Origin: an uncultured Gemmatimonadaceae bacterium
GTDB taxonomy: Bacteria > Gemmatimonadota > Gemmatimonadetes > Gemmatimonadales > Gemmatimonadaceae
DNA: 64,000 nt
NCBI GenBank assembly: GCA_963814345.1
Contig: CAWFCT010000022.1
Span: 171,693 to 235,692, forward strand
Direction of reading: 5' to 3'
The notes under the pieces were generated by a model. It was not told the DNA's origin. It did not search any database and was given only the letters and a program-made list of their open reading frames with translations. The translations under genes and the position numbers were made by a program. Numbering within the stretch: the first letter of the stretch is position 1; every line of letters begins with the position of its first letter. Shown here one piece after another: positions 25,999 to 33,980 of the stretch.

Positions 25999-26964
25999 AT
26001 GCTGCTCGCGTGCGCGGTGGCGCTCGTCGTGCCGGCGGTGGCGTGGAGCCAGGCGGCCGCCCCGCTTCGCTTCGACCGCGGGCGGTTCACGGTGGTCGCC
26101 TATCCGGAGGACGCGCGGCTGGCGCGGACCATTCTCCAGACCGCGCTGGTGCACGACACCTTTCCATGGCTGCCGCGCCCGCGGGAGCACGTGCTGATCG
26201 CCATCGCTCCCGACTACGCGCGATTCCGCGAATGGGCCGGCCCCGACGCGCCCGAATGGGGCGCGGCGCTCGCCTTTCCCGATACGCGACGGATCGTGCT
26301 GCAGGGCAGTCGGTCGGGCGCCGACGCCGGGAACCCCGTCGAGGTCGTGCGCCACGAACTGGCCCACCTGGCGCTCCACGAGTATCTGGGCGGCCTGCCG
26401 CCGCGCTGGTTCGACGAGGGCTATGCCAGTTACTCGGCCCACGAACTCTCGCGCGACGATGCGCTTGCGGCCAATCTCGCGCTGGCGCTCGAAGGGGTGC
26501 CCACCCTGCGCCAGTTGGAGGGGTACTTCTCGCAGGGGGCAACGACGGCGCGCGCCGGGTACGCGCTGGCGGCGAGCGCCGTAGCCGATATGGCCGCGCT
26601 GGATCCCCGGCATGGCCTGACTCATGTGTTTGCGGCCTGGCGGGAGACCGGATCCCTCGATCGGGCGCTGCGCCGGTCCGACGGAATGACGCTGGACGGC
26701 TTCGAAGCGGACTGGCGAAAGCAGGCGCGCCGGCGCTACGGGGCGCTGGCCCTCATGGAAGATCTGACCCTGCTCGGGATCCTGTTCCTGGTGTTCGTGC
26801 TGCCGCTCTGGATTGCGCGGCGCCGGCGTGATCGCTCCCGGATGGAGGCCTTGAAGGCGGCCGACGCGGCCGCCGAGGCGTTGGAGCGTGAAAGCGCGCT
26901 GGCCGAGCTGCTGGGACCGTGGCCGCCGGCGGGCGAAACGGGCCGAGAACCGGGCGATGTGTAG
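25999..26964 (+). CDS. Membrane-anchored HExxH protein (peptidase MA-like)
   Basis: Signal-like N-terminus MLLACAVALVVPAVAWSQ, a VVRHELAHLALHEY zinc motif with downstream DEGYASY, and a C-terminal TM helix LTLLGILFLVFVLPLWIARRRR. The start is uncertain; GTG 25990 is an alternative. Confidence 0.55.
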   Translation: MLLACAVALVVPAVAWSQAAAPLRFDRGRFTVVAYPEDARLARTILQTALVHDTFPWLPRPREHVLIAIAPDYARFREWAGPDAPEWGAALAFPDTRRIVLQGSRSGADAGNPVEVVRHELAHLALHEYLGGLPPRWFDEGYASYSAHELSRDDALAANLALALEGVPTLRQLEGYFSQGATTARAGYALAASAVADMAALDPRHGLTHVFAAWRETGSLDRALRRSDGMTLDGFEADWRKQARRRYGALALMEDLTLLGILFLVFVLPLWIARRRRDRSRMEALKAADAAAEALERESALAELLGPWPPAGETGREPGDV

Positions 26965-26997
26965 CTGCCGTAACCGCCCGTAGCGACTGGGGTTGCC

Positions 26998-27026
26998 TTG
27001 ACACTAACTTTGGCGGTCCATAGTCT
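26998..27026 (+). promoter_or_regulatory. Candidate sigma70-type promoter: TTGACA-N17-TAGTCT
   Basis: A perfect -35 hexamer at 26998-27003, an exactly 17-nt spacer and a weak -10 at 27021-27026. The predicted transcription start falls 1-3 nt before the ATG at 27035. Confidence 0.35.
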
Positions 27027-27034
27027 TGTGGTTT

Positions 27035-27205
27035 ATGGCAGAAACCGACATCTCATCCCGCTCTCGCCGCCTGGGCTGGTGGGGCCTGGCTCTCGCGACG
27101 ATCTTCGCCGGGTACGCCGACCTCGCTCGGGGTGGCGACACGATTGCACCGATCCTCCTCGTCGTCGGTTACTGTGTTCTCGTTCCACTCGCAATTCTGA
27201 AGTAA
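27035..27205 (+). CDS. Small hypothetical membrane protein, 56 aa, two predicted TM helices (below the ORF-track size cut-off)
   Basis: My own translation: MAETDISSRSRRLGWWGLALATIFAGYADLARGGDTIAPILLVVGYCVLVPLAILK*. Third codon positions are mostly G/C, as in neighbouring genes. The basic N-terminus plus two hydrophobic spans is a plausible topology. Confidence 0.45.
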   Translation: MAETDISSRSRRLGWWGLALATIFAGYADLARGGDTIAPILLVVGYCVLVPLAILK

Positions 27206-27229
27206 TCTCCCGGGGTGTCGGCGTTCTGA

Positions 27230-27303
27230 GGGCGAATAGCTCAGCTGGTTAGAGCGCCTGCCTTACACGCAGGAAGTCGGGGGTTCGAGTCCCTCTTCGC
27301 CCA
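27230..27303 (+). tRNA. tRNA-Val, anticodon TAC
   Basis: Cloverleaf read by hand. Acceptor GGGCGAA/TTCGCCC plus discriminator A. D-arm GCTC-AGCTGGTTA-GAGC. Anticodon arm CCTGC-CTTACAC-GCAGG. T-arm GGGGG-TTCGAGT-CCCTC. CCA is not encoded. Confidence 0.9.
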
Positions 27304-27371
27304 CTAGGGGTAAAGGGGGAACTACGTTCCGTTGTCTTGGGTACGATTTACATAGTGCGGAGGAGCCGACC

Positions 27372-29123
27372 GTGAAGGTATTGCAGCGCCGGATGGTGGT
27401 GGGTCTCGCGATCGCCGTGGTGGCGGGTATGCCGTCGATGGCCGAAGCGCAGTACGGGTACAACCGTCCGCGCGGCCCGACGGCCGATACGCCCCACCTG
27501 CTGGTGGGCACGTGCCACAGCACGCCGCGCCAGATCGGGGTCGACGCCGCCAAGGAACTCCGCGATCGCATCCAGATCGAGAACAACCCGCGCGACCTGT
27601 ACGTCATTCCCAACAAGGACGTGAACACGGCGCTTACGGCGTCCGGCTACGCGCCGGATTCCGCGCTGAGCATCAGCGACCTCGGGGCGCTCGGCAAGCT
27701 CGTGCACGCCGACGAGATCCTGGACTGCGACGCGTCGCAGACCTCGGACGGCGTCCAACTGACCGCGCGTATGCTGCTGGCCAGCGACGTCACGAAGACC
27801 CAGCCGCTGCCCCCCGTCGACGCCAAGAACTTCGGCGACGCGGCCAAGGTAGTGGAGCGCGAGCACACGGCGGCGCGCAAACAGCTCGACGGCTACAACA
27901 AGTGCCGCAACGAACTGCTGGACGGCAAGTTGCAGGATGCCGCGAAGGACGCGATGGATGCGATCCGTCAGTACCCGCAGGCAACGCTCGCCCGGCTCTG
28001 TCTGGCGTCGGTGTATGCCGACAAGCGGATGAACTATCCGCCGGACTCCGTGCTGGCGATCACCGACCAGATCCTCAAGATCGATCCGCAGAACTCGTTC
28101 GCACTCCGCATCGCGATCGGCGCCTACAGCCAGAAGGGCGACCAGGCGGCCGAGATCGACGCGGAGCAGCGGCTGTTCAAGCTCGAGCCGCAGAACCAGA
28201 CGTTGGCCACGCAGATCGTCGACGCGCTCGCCGCGTCCCCCGATCCGTCCAAGGCGCTGCCGATCCTGGAGAGTCTGCTCAAGAAGAATCCGGGCGACCC
28301 GAGCTACCTGCAGCAGTTGTGGAAGCTCCAGGCCAAGCTGAACATGTTCCCACAGGCCCTCGCCACCGGCGATGAGATGGTGCAGTCGGATTCGACACTG
28401 GCCGACAGCGCGTACTTCCATCGTCAGATCGCCATGGCCTCGCAGGACAGCAACTGGGCGAAGGTCGCGCAGTACGCGCAGCAGGGGGAGCAGAAGTTCC
28501 CCAAGGACGGGCAACTCGCGTTTCTCGGCGGGGTGGCGTTACGGAATCTGAAGCAGTTCGATCAGGCCGCCACGTCGTTCCGCACCGCGCTTGCCGCCGA
28601 CTCCTCGAACAACAACGCACGCCTCTATCTTGCGCAGACGTATTCCGACCTCAACCAGCCGGATAGCGTGCTGAAGATCGCTGATGCGGCCATCGCCGAC
28701 GGCGGCGACAAGAGCGTGTGGGGGCCGATGCTGCTCGCGCCGGTGCAGGACCTGCTGGAGAAGACCAAGACCGATACCGCCAACGCGACCCAGTACTACC
28801 TGCGCGCCTATCAGTTGTCGATGCACGCGGACAGCCTGGCCCCGTCGGCCACCGGGCACTTCTTCATCGGCGTGACGTCGATCCAGTTGGCCGTCGATGC
28901 GATGCGCCGGTCGCAGACGGCCGCGCAGGATAAGCACATGGAGGACGCCTGCACGGCTGCGAAGGAAGCCCAGAACTACTTCACCCAGTCGCAGTTGCAC
29001 ATGCCGCAGGGTGGCTCGGTGGACGCGCAGACGGCCGGCGCGGTGATGAACGCGGTCACCCAGTACGCCCCGAACGCCGACAAGATGGTGAAGGCCTACT
29101 GCACGACGAAGAAGAAGCACTAG
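27372..29123 (+). CDS. Secreted TPR-like repeat protein, 583 aa
   Basis: GTG start at 27372 after GGAGGAG. Signal peptide MKVLQRRMVVGLAIAVVAGMPSMAEAQ. Helical repeats with TPR character follow. No catalytic motif was recognised. Confidence 0.65.
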   Translation: MKVLQRRMVVGLAIAVVAGMPSMAEAQYGYNRPRGPTADTPHLLVGTCHSTPRQIGVDAAKELRDRIQIENNPRDLYVIPNKDVNTALTASGYAPDSALSISDLGALGKLVHADEILDCDASQTSDGVQLTARMLLASDVTKTQPLPPVDAKNFGDAAKVVEREHTAARKQLDGYNKCRNELLDGKLQDAAKDAMDAIRQYPQATLARLCLASVYADKRMNYPPDSVLAITDQILKIDPQNSFALRIAIGAYSQKGDQAAEIDAEQRLFKLEPQNQTLATQIVDALAASPDPSKALPILESLLKKNPGDPSYLQQLWKLQAKLNMFPQALATGDEMVQSDSTLADSAYFHRQIAMASQDSNWAKVAQYAQQGEQKFPKDGQLAFLGGVALRNLKQFDQAATSFRTALAADSSNNNARLYLAQTYSDLNQPDSVLKIADAAIADGGDKSVWGPMLLAPVQDLLEKTKTDTANATQYYLRAYQLSMHADSLAPSATGHFFIGVTSIQLAVDAMRRSQTAAQDKHMEDACTAAKEAQNYFTQSQLHMPQGGSVDAQTAGAVMNAVTQYAPNADKMVKAYCTTKKKH

Positions 29124-29144
29124 GCGCACCTCGAGGTCGTTCGC

Positions 29145-29175
29145 GAAGCCCGCCGCTCTTGTCGGCGGGCTTCGT
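29145..29175 (+). terminator. Strong GC hairpin (11-bp stem, 7-nt loop) after the TPR gene
   Basis: GAAGCCCGCCG-ctcttgt-CGGCGGGCTTC, a perfect complement, 22 nt after the stop. The downstream tract gtcgcttgt is only weakly T-rich. Confidence 0.6.
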
Positions 29176-29187
29176 CGCTTGTGGGGG

Positions 29188-30189
29188 ATGCCCTCTCCCT
29201 ATTGCTTTCTCTCCGTGATCTCCGACGTTCATCAGCCCGCCGAACCTGCCGCCGACGCGGCGCCGTCCCTCGCCTGGGCCAGCGCATACCACGCGCCGGT
29301 GCTGGCCGACGACGTGGTGCGCCTCATGGCGGGCGCACGCGACGTGCTCGACGGCACGTTGGGCGGCGGGGGCCACACGGCGGCGCTGCTCGCCGCCGGT
29401 GCCCGCGTGACCGCCGTCGACCGCGACCCGGACGCCATCGCGGCGGCGGGCGCCCGGCTCGCGCGCTACGTGCGGGAGCGGACGCTGCGGCTGGTGCCCG
29501 GCAACTACGCGCAGCTCGACCGCACGCCGATCGCCGGCGAGCGATTCGACGGCATCCTGCTCGACCTCGGCATCTCGTCCCATCAGATCGACGATGCCGC
29601 GCGCGGATTCAGCTTTCGTGAGGGTGCCCCGCTGGACATGCGCATGGGCCCCGATGCCGCGCAGGATGCGGCCACGTTCCTGAACACGGCGGACGAAGGG
29701 GAGTTGGCGTGGGTGTTCCGCGAGTACGGCGACGAGCGCCGCGCCATCCGGCTGGCCCGCTCGGTGGTGCACCGCCGTGCCACCCGTCCCTTCGCCACCA
29801 GCGACGATTTCGTGGGCGCCATCCGGGCCGCCCTCGGGCCGCGGAGCGGGCCGGGGGATTTCGCGCGCCTGTTCCAGGCAGTGCGCATCGCGATCAACGA
29901 GGAACTGCTCGGCCTGGAGCGCGCGCTGCCCGATCTCCGCGAACGCCTGCAGCCGCACGGTGTGTTCGCGGTCATCTCGTACCACTCGGGTGAGGACCGC
30001 ATCGTCAAGCACGCGTTCCGCGACTGGAGCACGGCCTGCACCTGCCCGCCGCGGCAGCCGGTGTGCACGTGCGGCGGAACGGCTCTTGGCGCGCTCGTCA
30101 CGCGCCGGGCCGTCCAGGCCACGCCGGCCGAAGTGGATGCCAACCCCCGCGCGCGCAGCGCGAGACTCCGGGCATGGCGCGCCGCGTAA
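29188..30189 (+). CDS. rsmH: 16S rRNA (cytosine1402-N4)-methyltransferase RsmH (MraW)
   Basis: Motifs HAPVLADDVV, LDGTLGGGGHT, GILLDLGISSHQID, SYHSGEDRIVK and NPRARSARLR. I chose the ATG at 29188; TTG 29179 is possible. Confidence 0.9.
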   Translation: MPSPYCFLSVISDVHQPAEPAADAAPSLAWASAYHAPVLADDVVRLMAGARDVLDGTLGGGGHTAALLAAGARVTAVDRDPDAIAAAGARLARYVRERTLRLVPGNYAQLDRTPIAGERFDGILLDLGISSHQIDDAARGFSFREGAPLDMRMGPDAAQDAATFLNTADEGELAWVFREYGDERRAIRLARSVVHRRATRPFATSDDFVGAIRAALGPRSGPGDFARLFQAVRIAINEELLGLERALPDLRERLQPHGVFAVISYHSGEDRIVKHAFRDWSTACTCPPRQPVCTCGGTALGALVTRRAVQATPAEVDANPRARSARLRAWRAA

Positions 30190-30482
30190 AGCGCGGGTGG
30201 AACCCGCGCGCCGTGGTCGCTCTCGTATTGCTGGGTTTCGTTCTGGTGGCTACGGGCGTCATCTGGCGGAGGAGTCTCGGCATCCGGCAGCAACGGGCCC
30301 TGCGCCAACTGGAGCGGCAGCGCGATGCGCTGGAGGCCGAGCGCGTCCGGCTGACGGGCGAGATCCGCGATTCATCGAGCCTGGCGCGTTTGGCGCCCAT
30401 TCTGCAACGCATGAACATGCACGTCCCCGCCGACAGCACCGTCATCACCCTGCCGCGGTCGCGCCCGCATGATCCGGAATAG
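30174..30482 (+). CDS. ftsL: FtsL-like cell-division protein
   Basis: 102 aa: a basic N-terminus, one TM helix (AVVALVLLGFVLVATGVIW) and a coiled coil (QLERQRDALEAERVRL). It sits between rsmH and ftsI. ATG 30174 overlaps the rsmH 3' end. Confidence 0.7.
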   Translation: MARRVKRGWNPRAVVALVLLGFVLVATGVIWRRSLGIRQQRALRQLERQRDALEAERVRLTGEIRDSSSLARLAPILQRMNMHVPADSTVITLPRSRPHDPE

Positions 30483-32508
30483 CCGGATCGGACTCGTGCA
30501 CCTGTCGCTTGCCGCGCTCGCCCTGGCCGTGATCGCGAAGGCGGGGCAGGTGCAGCTGGTGCAGGGACGGACGTGGGCGGCGCAGGCGCACAACCAGCAC
30601 TTCACCAGCCGCACCGTGCCGGCACCGCGCGGCGACATTCTCGACGCGACGGGTCGCACGCTCGCCGAGAGCCGGATCATGGTGCAGCTCGCGGTGGCGC
30701 CGCGGGAAGTGCTCGACCGCCGCCGCCTGGCCACCGTGCTGGCCCACGCCGGCATCGATCGCAAGTGGATCGGACGGGCCACCGACACCTCGCGCAAGTG
30801 GGTCGCCATTCCCGGGCACTTCCGCGCCACCGACGTGGCGCCGGTAACGGCGCTGCGGGGCGTCTACACCGATCCCGTGTCCGACCGGGTGTATCCGGGA
30901 TCCGAAGCCACCCGCCGCATCGTGGGCCGTGTGAACGCCGAGGGGCAGCCGGTGGATGGCATCGAGCTCGCGCTCGACAGCCTGCTCCGCGGCCGGGCCG
31001 GCGTCGCGGGAATGGTGCGCGACGGCACCGGCCACAGCTTCAACTCCCCGACACTGCCGGGCACGCCACCGCGCGAGGGCAATACGGTGGTGCTCACGCT
31101 CAATTCCGATCTGCAGCAGATCGCCGAGCAGGCGTTGGACGAGGCGGTGGCCAAGCTGGGAGCGGACGGCGGGGACATCGTGATTCTCGATCCGGCGGAC
31201 GGCGACGTGCTCGCCATGGCGAGCCACCGGCAGAATCCCCGGTCTACCTCGGCCACGGCGCTCACCGAGCCGTACGAGCCGGGATCCACGATGAAGCCGC
31301 TGATCGCCGCGGCGTTGCTCGCCCGCGGGCTGGTGACGCCCAGCGACTCGGTGGCGACCTTCGGCGGCGAGCTCACCATCAACGGGCGCACCATCCACGA
31401 CGATCGGGAGGAAGGGCCGGAGCCGACGCACCTCTCACTGGCCGACGTGATCCGGCGGTCGAGCAATGTCGGCATCGTGCAGTTCGCCGAACGGCTCACC
31501 CCCGCCCAGGAGTATCAGGCGCTGCGCGACTTCGGGTTCGGCACGCCGACCGAGATCGCCTATCCTGCCGAGAGCAACGGCATTCTGCGGACGCCCTCGC
31601 AGTGGACGTCGGAGTCGCCGAATTCAATGGCCATGGGCTACGAGATCGCCGTCACACCGCTGCAGTTGGCCACCGCATACGCCGCCATCGCCAACGGCGG
31701 GGAACTGCTTCAACCGGCCATCGTCAAGGAGATCCGTTCCCCCGACGGCCGGGTGCTCTACGAGCATCATCGGCGCGTGGTGCGCCGCGTGATTCCGCCG
31801 GCCGTCGCGGCCGAGGTGCGTCAGATGCTGCTGGGCGTGGTGGAGAACGGGACGGCCGTCAAGGCCGACCTCGCCGACTACCTGCTGGGTGGCAAGACCG
31901 GAACGCCGCGTCGCACCGTGAACGGGCGCTACGCGCCGCATGCGTACACCCCGAATTTCGTGGGGCTCTTTCCGGGGAACGCACCACAGTTCGTGATCGT
32001 GGTCAAACTCGACAACCCGCAGGCCGAGTACTACAGCGCGAGCACGGCGGCGCCGCTCACGAAGACGATTCTCCAGGCGGCGCTGGCGGCGCGCGACGCG
32101 GCCCTGAATCGCCGGCAACTCATGAACGACGTCGTCAGCCGAGCACCGGCGACCGGCGGCCCCGGTGCGCGGCTGGCGCTGGATCGGCCGGAGGCGGACT
32201 CGACGGCGGCCGTGGTGCGGGCCGAAGCGGCTGCCGCACGGGCGGCCGCCGCGGCCGATCTTGCCGCGGAGCCGCCTCCCGTCACGTTCACGCTGCCCGC
32301 CTCGCCCACACCGCCCCCGGCGGCACCGGCGCGGCCACCGCGCGCCGTGCCCGCCGTGGCCGGCATGCCGTTGCGCGATGCCGTACGCACGCTGCACGAC
32401 GCAGGCTTCCGCGTCCGGCTCGTGCGCGGCGCGCCGATGGCGACGGTGCCGGCGGCCGGAGCCATGGCGGGGGCGGGGTCGACGGTCGTCCTGAGATACG
32501 ACTTCTGA
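30469..32508 (+). CDS. ftsI: Peptidoglycan D,D-transpeptidase FtsI (class B PBP) with one C-terminal PASTA-like domain
   Basis: Motifs YEPGSTMKP (SxxK), SSNVG (SxN) and GGKTGTP (KTG). The C-terminal VPAVAGMPLRDAVRTLHDAGFRVRLVRG...GSTVVLRY resembles PASTA. Confidence 0.9.
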   Translation: MIRNSRIGLVHLSLAALALAVIAKAGQVQLVQGRTWAAQAHNQHFTSRTVPAPRGDILDATGRTLAESRIMVQLAVAPREVLDRRRLATVLAHAGIDRKWIGRATDTSRKWVAIPGHFRATDVAPVTALRGVYTDPVSDRVYPGSEATRRIVGRVNAEGQPVDGIELALDSLLRGRAGVAGMVRDGTGHSFNSPTLPGTPPREGNTVVLTLNSDLQQIAEQALDEAVAKLGADGGDIVILDPADGDVLAMASHRQNPRSTSATALTEPYEPGSTMKPLIAAALLARGLVTPSDSVATFGGELTINGRTIHDDREEGPEPTHLSLADVIRRSSNVGIVQFAERLTPAQEYQALRDFGFGTPTEIAYPAESNGILRTPSQWTSESPNSMAMGYEIAVTPLQLATAYAAIANGGELLQPAIVKEIRSPDGRVLYEHHRRVVRRVIPPAVAAEVRQMLLGVVENGTAVKADLADYLLGGKTGTPRRTVNGRYAPHAYTPNFVGLFPGNAPQFVIVVKLDNPQAEYYSASTAAPLTKTILQAALAARDAALNRRQLMNDVVSRAPATGGPGARLALDRPEADSTAAVVRAEAAAARAAAAADLAAEPPPVTFTLPASPTPPPAAPARPPRAVPAVAGMPLRDAVRTLHDAGFRVRLVRGAPMATVPAAGAMAGAGSTVVLRYDF

Positions 32509-33980
32509 TGCCGGTCGCCTCCGAAACCATCGTGCGCGTCCTGCGCGAGGCGGGACTCCTGGCCGGCACCCGCGGCCACCTGCCGGAAAGCTTCGCCGGG
32601 ATCACCGACGACAGTCGCCGCGTGCCTCGCCAGGGTCTGTTCCTGGCGGTGCGGGGATCGCTTCGCGACGGGCACGACTTCCTGGACGCGGCGCGCGAGG
32701 CCGGTGCCTCCGCCGCGCTGGTCGAGGATCCCACGCGCACCGAGTTGCCCGCGATCATCGTGCGCGAGGGGATGGGGCGGCGGGCCGCTGCCGTGGCCGC
32801 CGCCGCCGCATACGACTGGCCGGCGCGCGGCCTGCGGTTCGTCGGCGTCACCGGGACCAACGGCAAGACGACCACGGTGCACATGCTGCGCCACCTGCTG
32901 GATGAAGCCGCCGCCCGCAGCGCCTCGATCGGCACGCTCGGGGTCCGCGTCGGCAGCGCCGGCGAGCCGCTCGACGGCGGATCGGGCCTCACGACGCCGG
33001 GACCCGTGGAGCTGCAGCGGGTCTGCCGGTCGCTCGCGGACGCGGGCGTGCGCACGGTGGCGATGGAGATGTCGTCGCACGCGCTCGACCAGCACCGGGC
33101 CGAGGGCATTACGTTCGCCGGCGCGGTGTTCACGAACCTCACGCGCGACCATCTGGACTACCACGGCACCATGGAGGCGTACTTCCAGGCGAAGGCCCTG
33201 CTCGCCGATCAGGTCGCGGCCGACGGGGTGGTGGTCGTCAACGCCGACGATCCGGCGTGGCAGGCGCTGCGGCCGCCGGGGCGGCTGGTCCGCTTCTCTG
33301 CGGCCGGCGCGGTGGCCGAAGTGCGGGCGATGGACATCGAAGCGGGTCCGCGGGGCAGCGGGTTCGTGCTCGCCATCGGCGCCGAGCAGCACCGTGTGGA
33401 ACTCCCGCTCATCGGCGACTTCAACGTGGCCAACGCCGCAGGGGCGGCGGCGGCCGCATGGGCACTCGGCGAGCGGCCCTCCGCTATCGCCGAGCGCCTG
33501 TCGTCGATGCCCCAGGTGCCCGGCCGGTTGGAACTGCTCGCCGAGCGGCCACTCGTGCTCCGGGACTACAGCCACACGCCCGACTCGCTCATGCGGGCCC
33601 TGGCGGCGCTGCGCCCGTTCACGGCGGGGCGGCTGATCTGCGTCTTCGGCGCGGGGGGTGATCGCGACCGGGGCAAGCGACCACTCATGGGCGCGGTGGT
33701 GGACCGGGGTGCCGACGTCGTGGTGGTGACGAGCGACAACCCGCGCACCGAGGATCCCGAACGCATCATCGACGAGGTCGTGGCCGGAATCGCGCGCAGC
33801 GACTACGTTCGCTTCGCGGACCGGCGCGAGGCCATCGCGCATGCGCTCTCGGAGGCCCGTGCCGGCGACGTGGTGCTCCTGGCCGGCAAGGGGCACGAGA
33901 CCTATCAGGTCATCGGCACCACCAACGTTCCCTTCGACGAGAAAGCGATCGTGCACGAACTGCTGGGCTCGGCGGCATGA
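32508..33980 (+). CDS. murE: UDP-N-acetylmuramoyl-L-alanyl-D-glutamate--2,6-diaminopimelate ligase MurE
   Basis: I chose the ATG at 32508 (TGATG overlap with ftsI). Motifs GVTGTNGKTT, MEMSSHAL, DNPR and GKGHE. The ORF-track start at 30573 is an out-of-frame shadow over ftsI. Confidence 0.9.
   Translation: MPVASETIVRVLREAGLLAGTRGHLPESFAGITDDSRRVPRQGLFLAVRGSLRDGHDFLDAAREAGASAALVEDPTRTELPAIIVREGMGRRAAAVAAAAAYDWPARGLRFVGVTGTNGKTTTVHMLRHLLDEAAARSASIGTLGVRVGSAGEPLDGGSGLTTPGPVELQRVCRSLADAGVRTVAMEMSSHALDQHRAEGITFAGAVFTNLTRDHLDYHGTMEAYFQAKALLADQVAADGVVVVNADDPAWQALRPPGRLVRFSAAGAVAEVRAMDIEAGPRGSGFVLAIGAEQHRVELPLIGDFNVANAAGAAAAAWALGERPSAIAERLSSMPQVPGRLELLAERPLVLRDYSHTPDSLMRALAALRPFTAGRLICVFGAGGDRDRGKRPLMGAVVDRGADVVVVTSDNPRTEDPERIIDEVVAGIARSDYVRFADRREAIAHALSEARAGDVVLLAGKGHETYQVIGTTNVPFDEKAIVHELLGSAA

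Noticed and set aside
26998-27252. 84-aa ORF from the track
   Set aside because: It uses a TTG start that coincides with the candidate -35 box, and it runs into the tRNA-Val gene. The alternative 56-aa ORF in another frame (27035-27205) has better codon bias and a membrane-protein profile.
27230-29123. tRNA-Val as an integration site for a genomic island
   Set aside because: No integrase, no direct repeat of the tRNA 3' end and no phage or IS genes lie downstream. The next gene is followed directly by the conserved dcw cluster.
30573-32507. N-terminal 645 codons of the 1135-aa ORF 30573..33980
   Set aside because: This part is an out-of-frame overlap of ftsI with Arg/Gly-rich nonsense sequence. 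Only the part from ATG 32508 onward (murE) is real. The same logic trims ORFs 37646 (ftsW), 40505 (ftsQ), 55791 (M14), 18845 (PATAN-TPR), 15581/15609 (Roadblock genes), 22000 (cheB) and 53722 (ccp).
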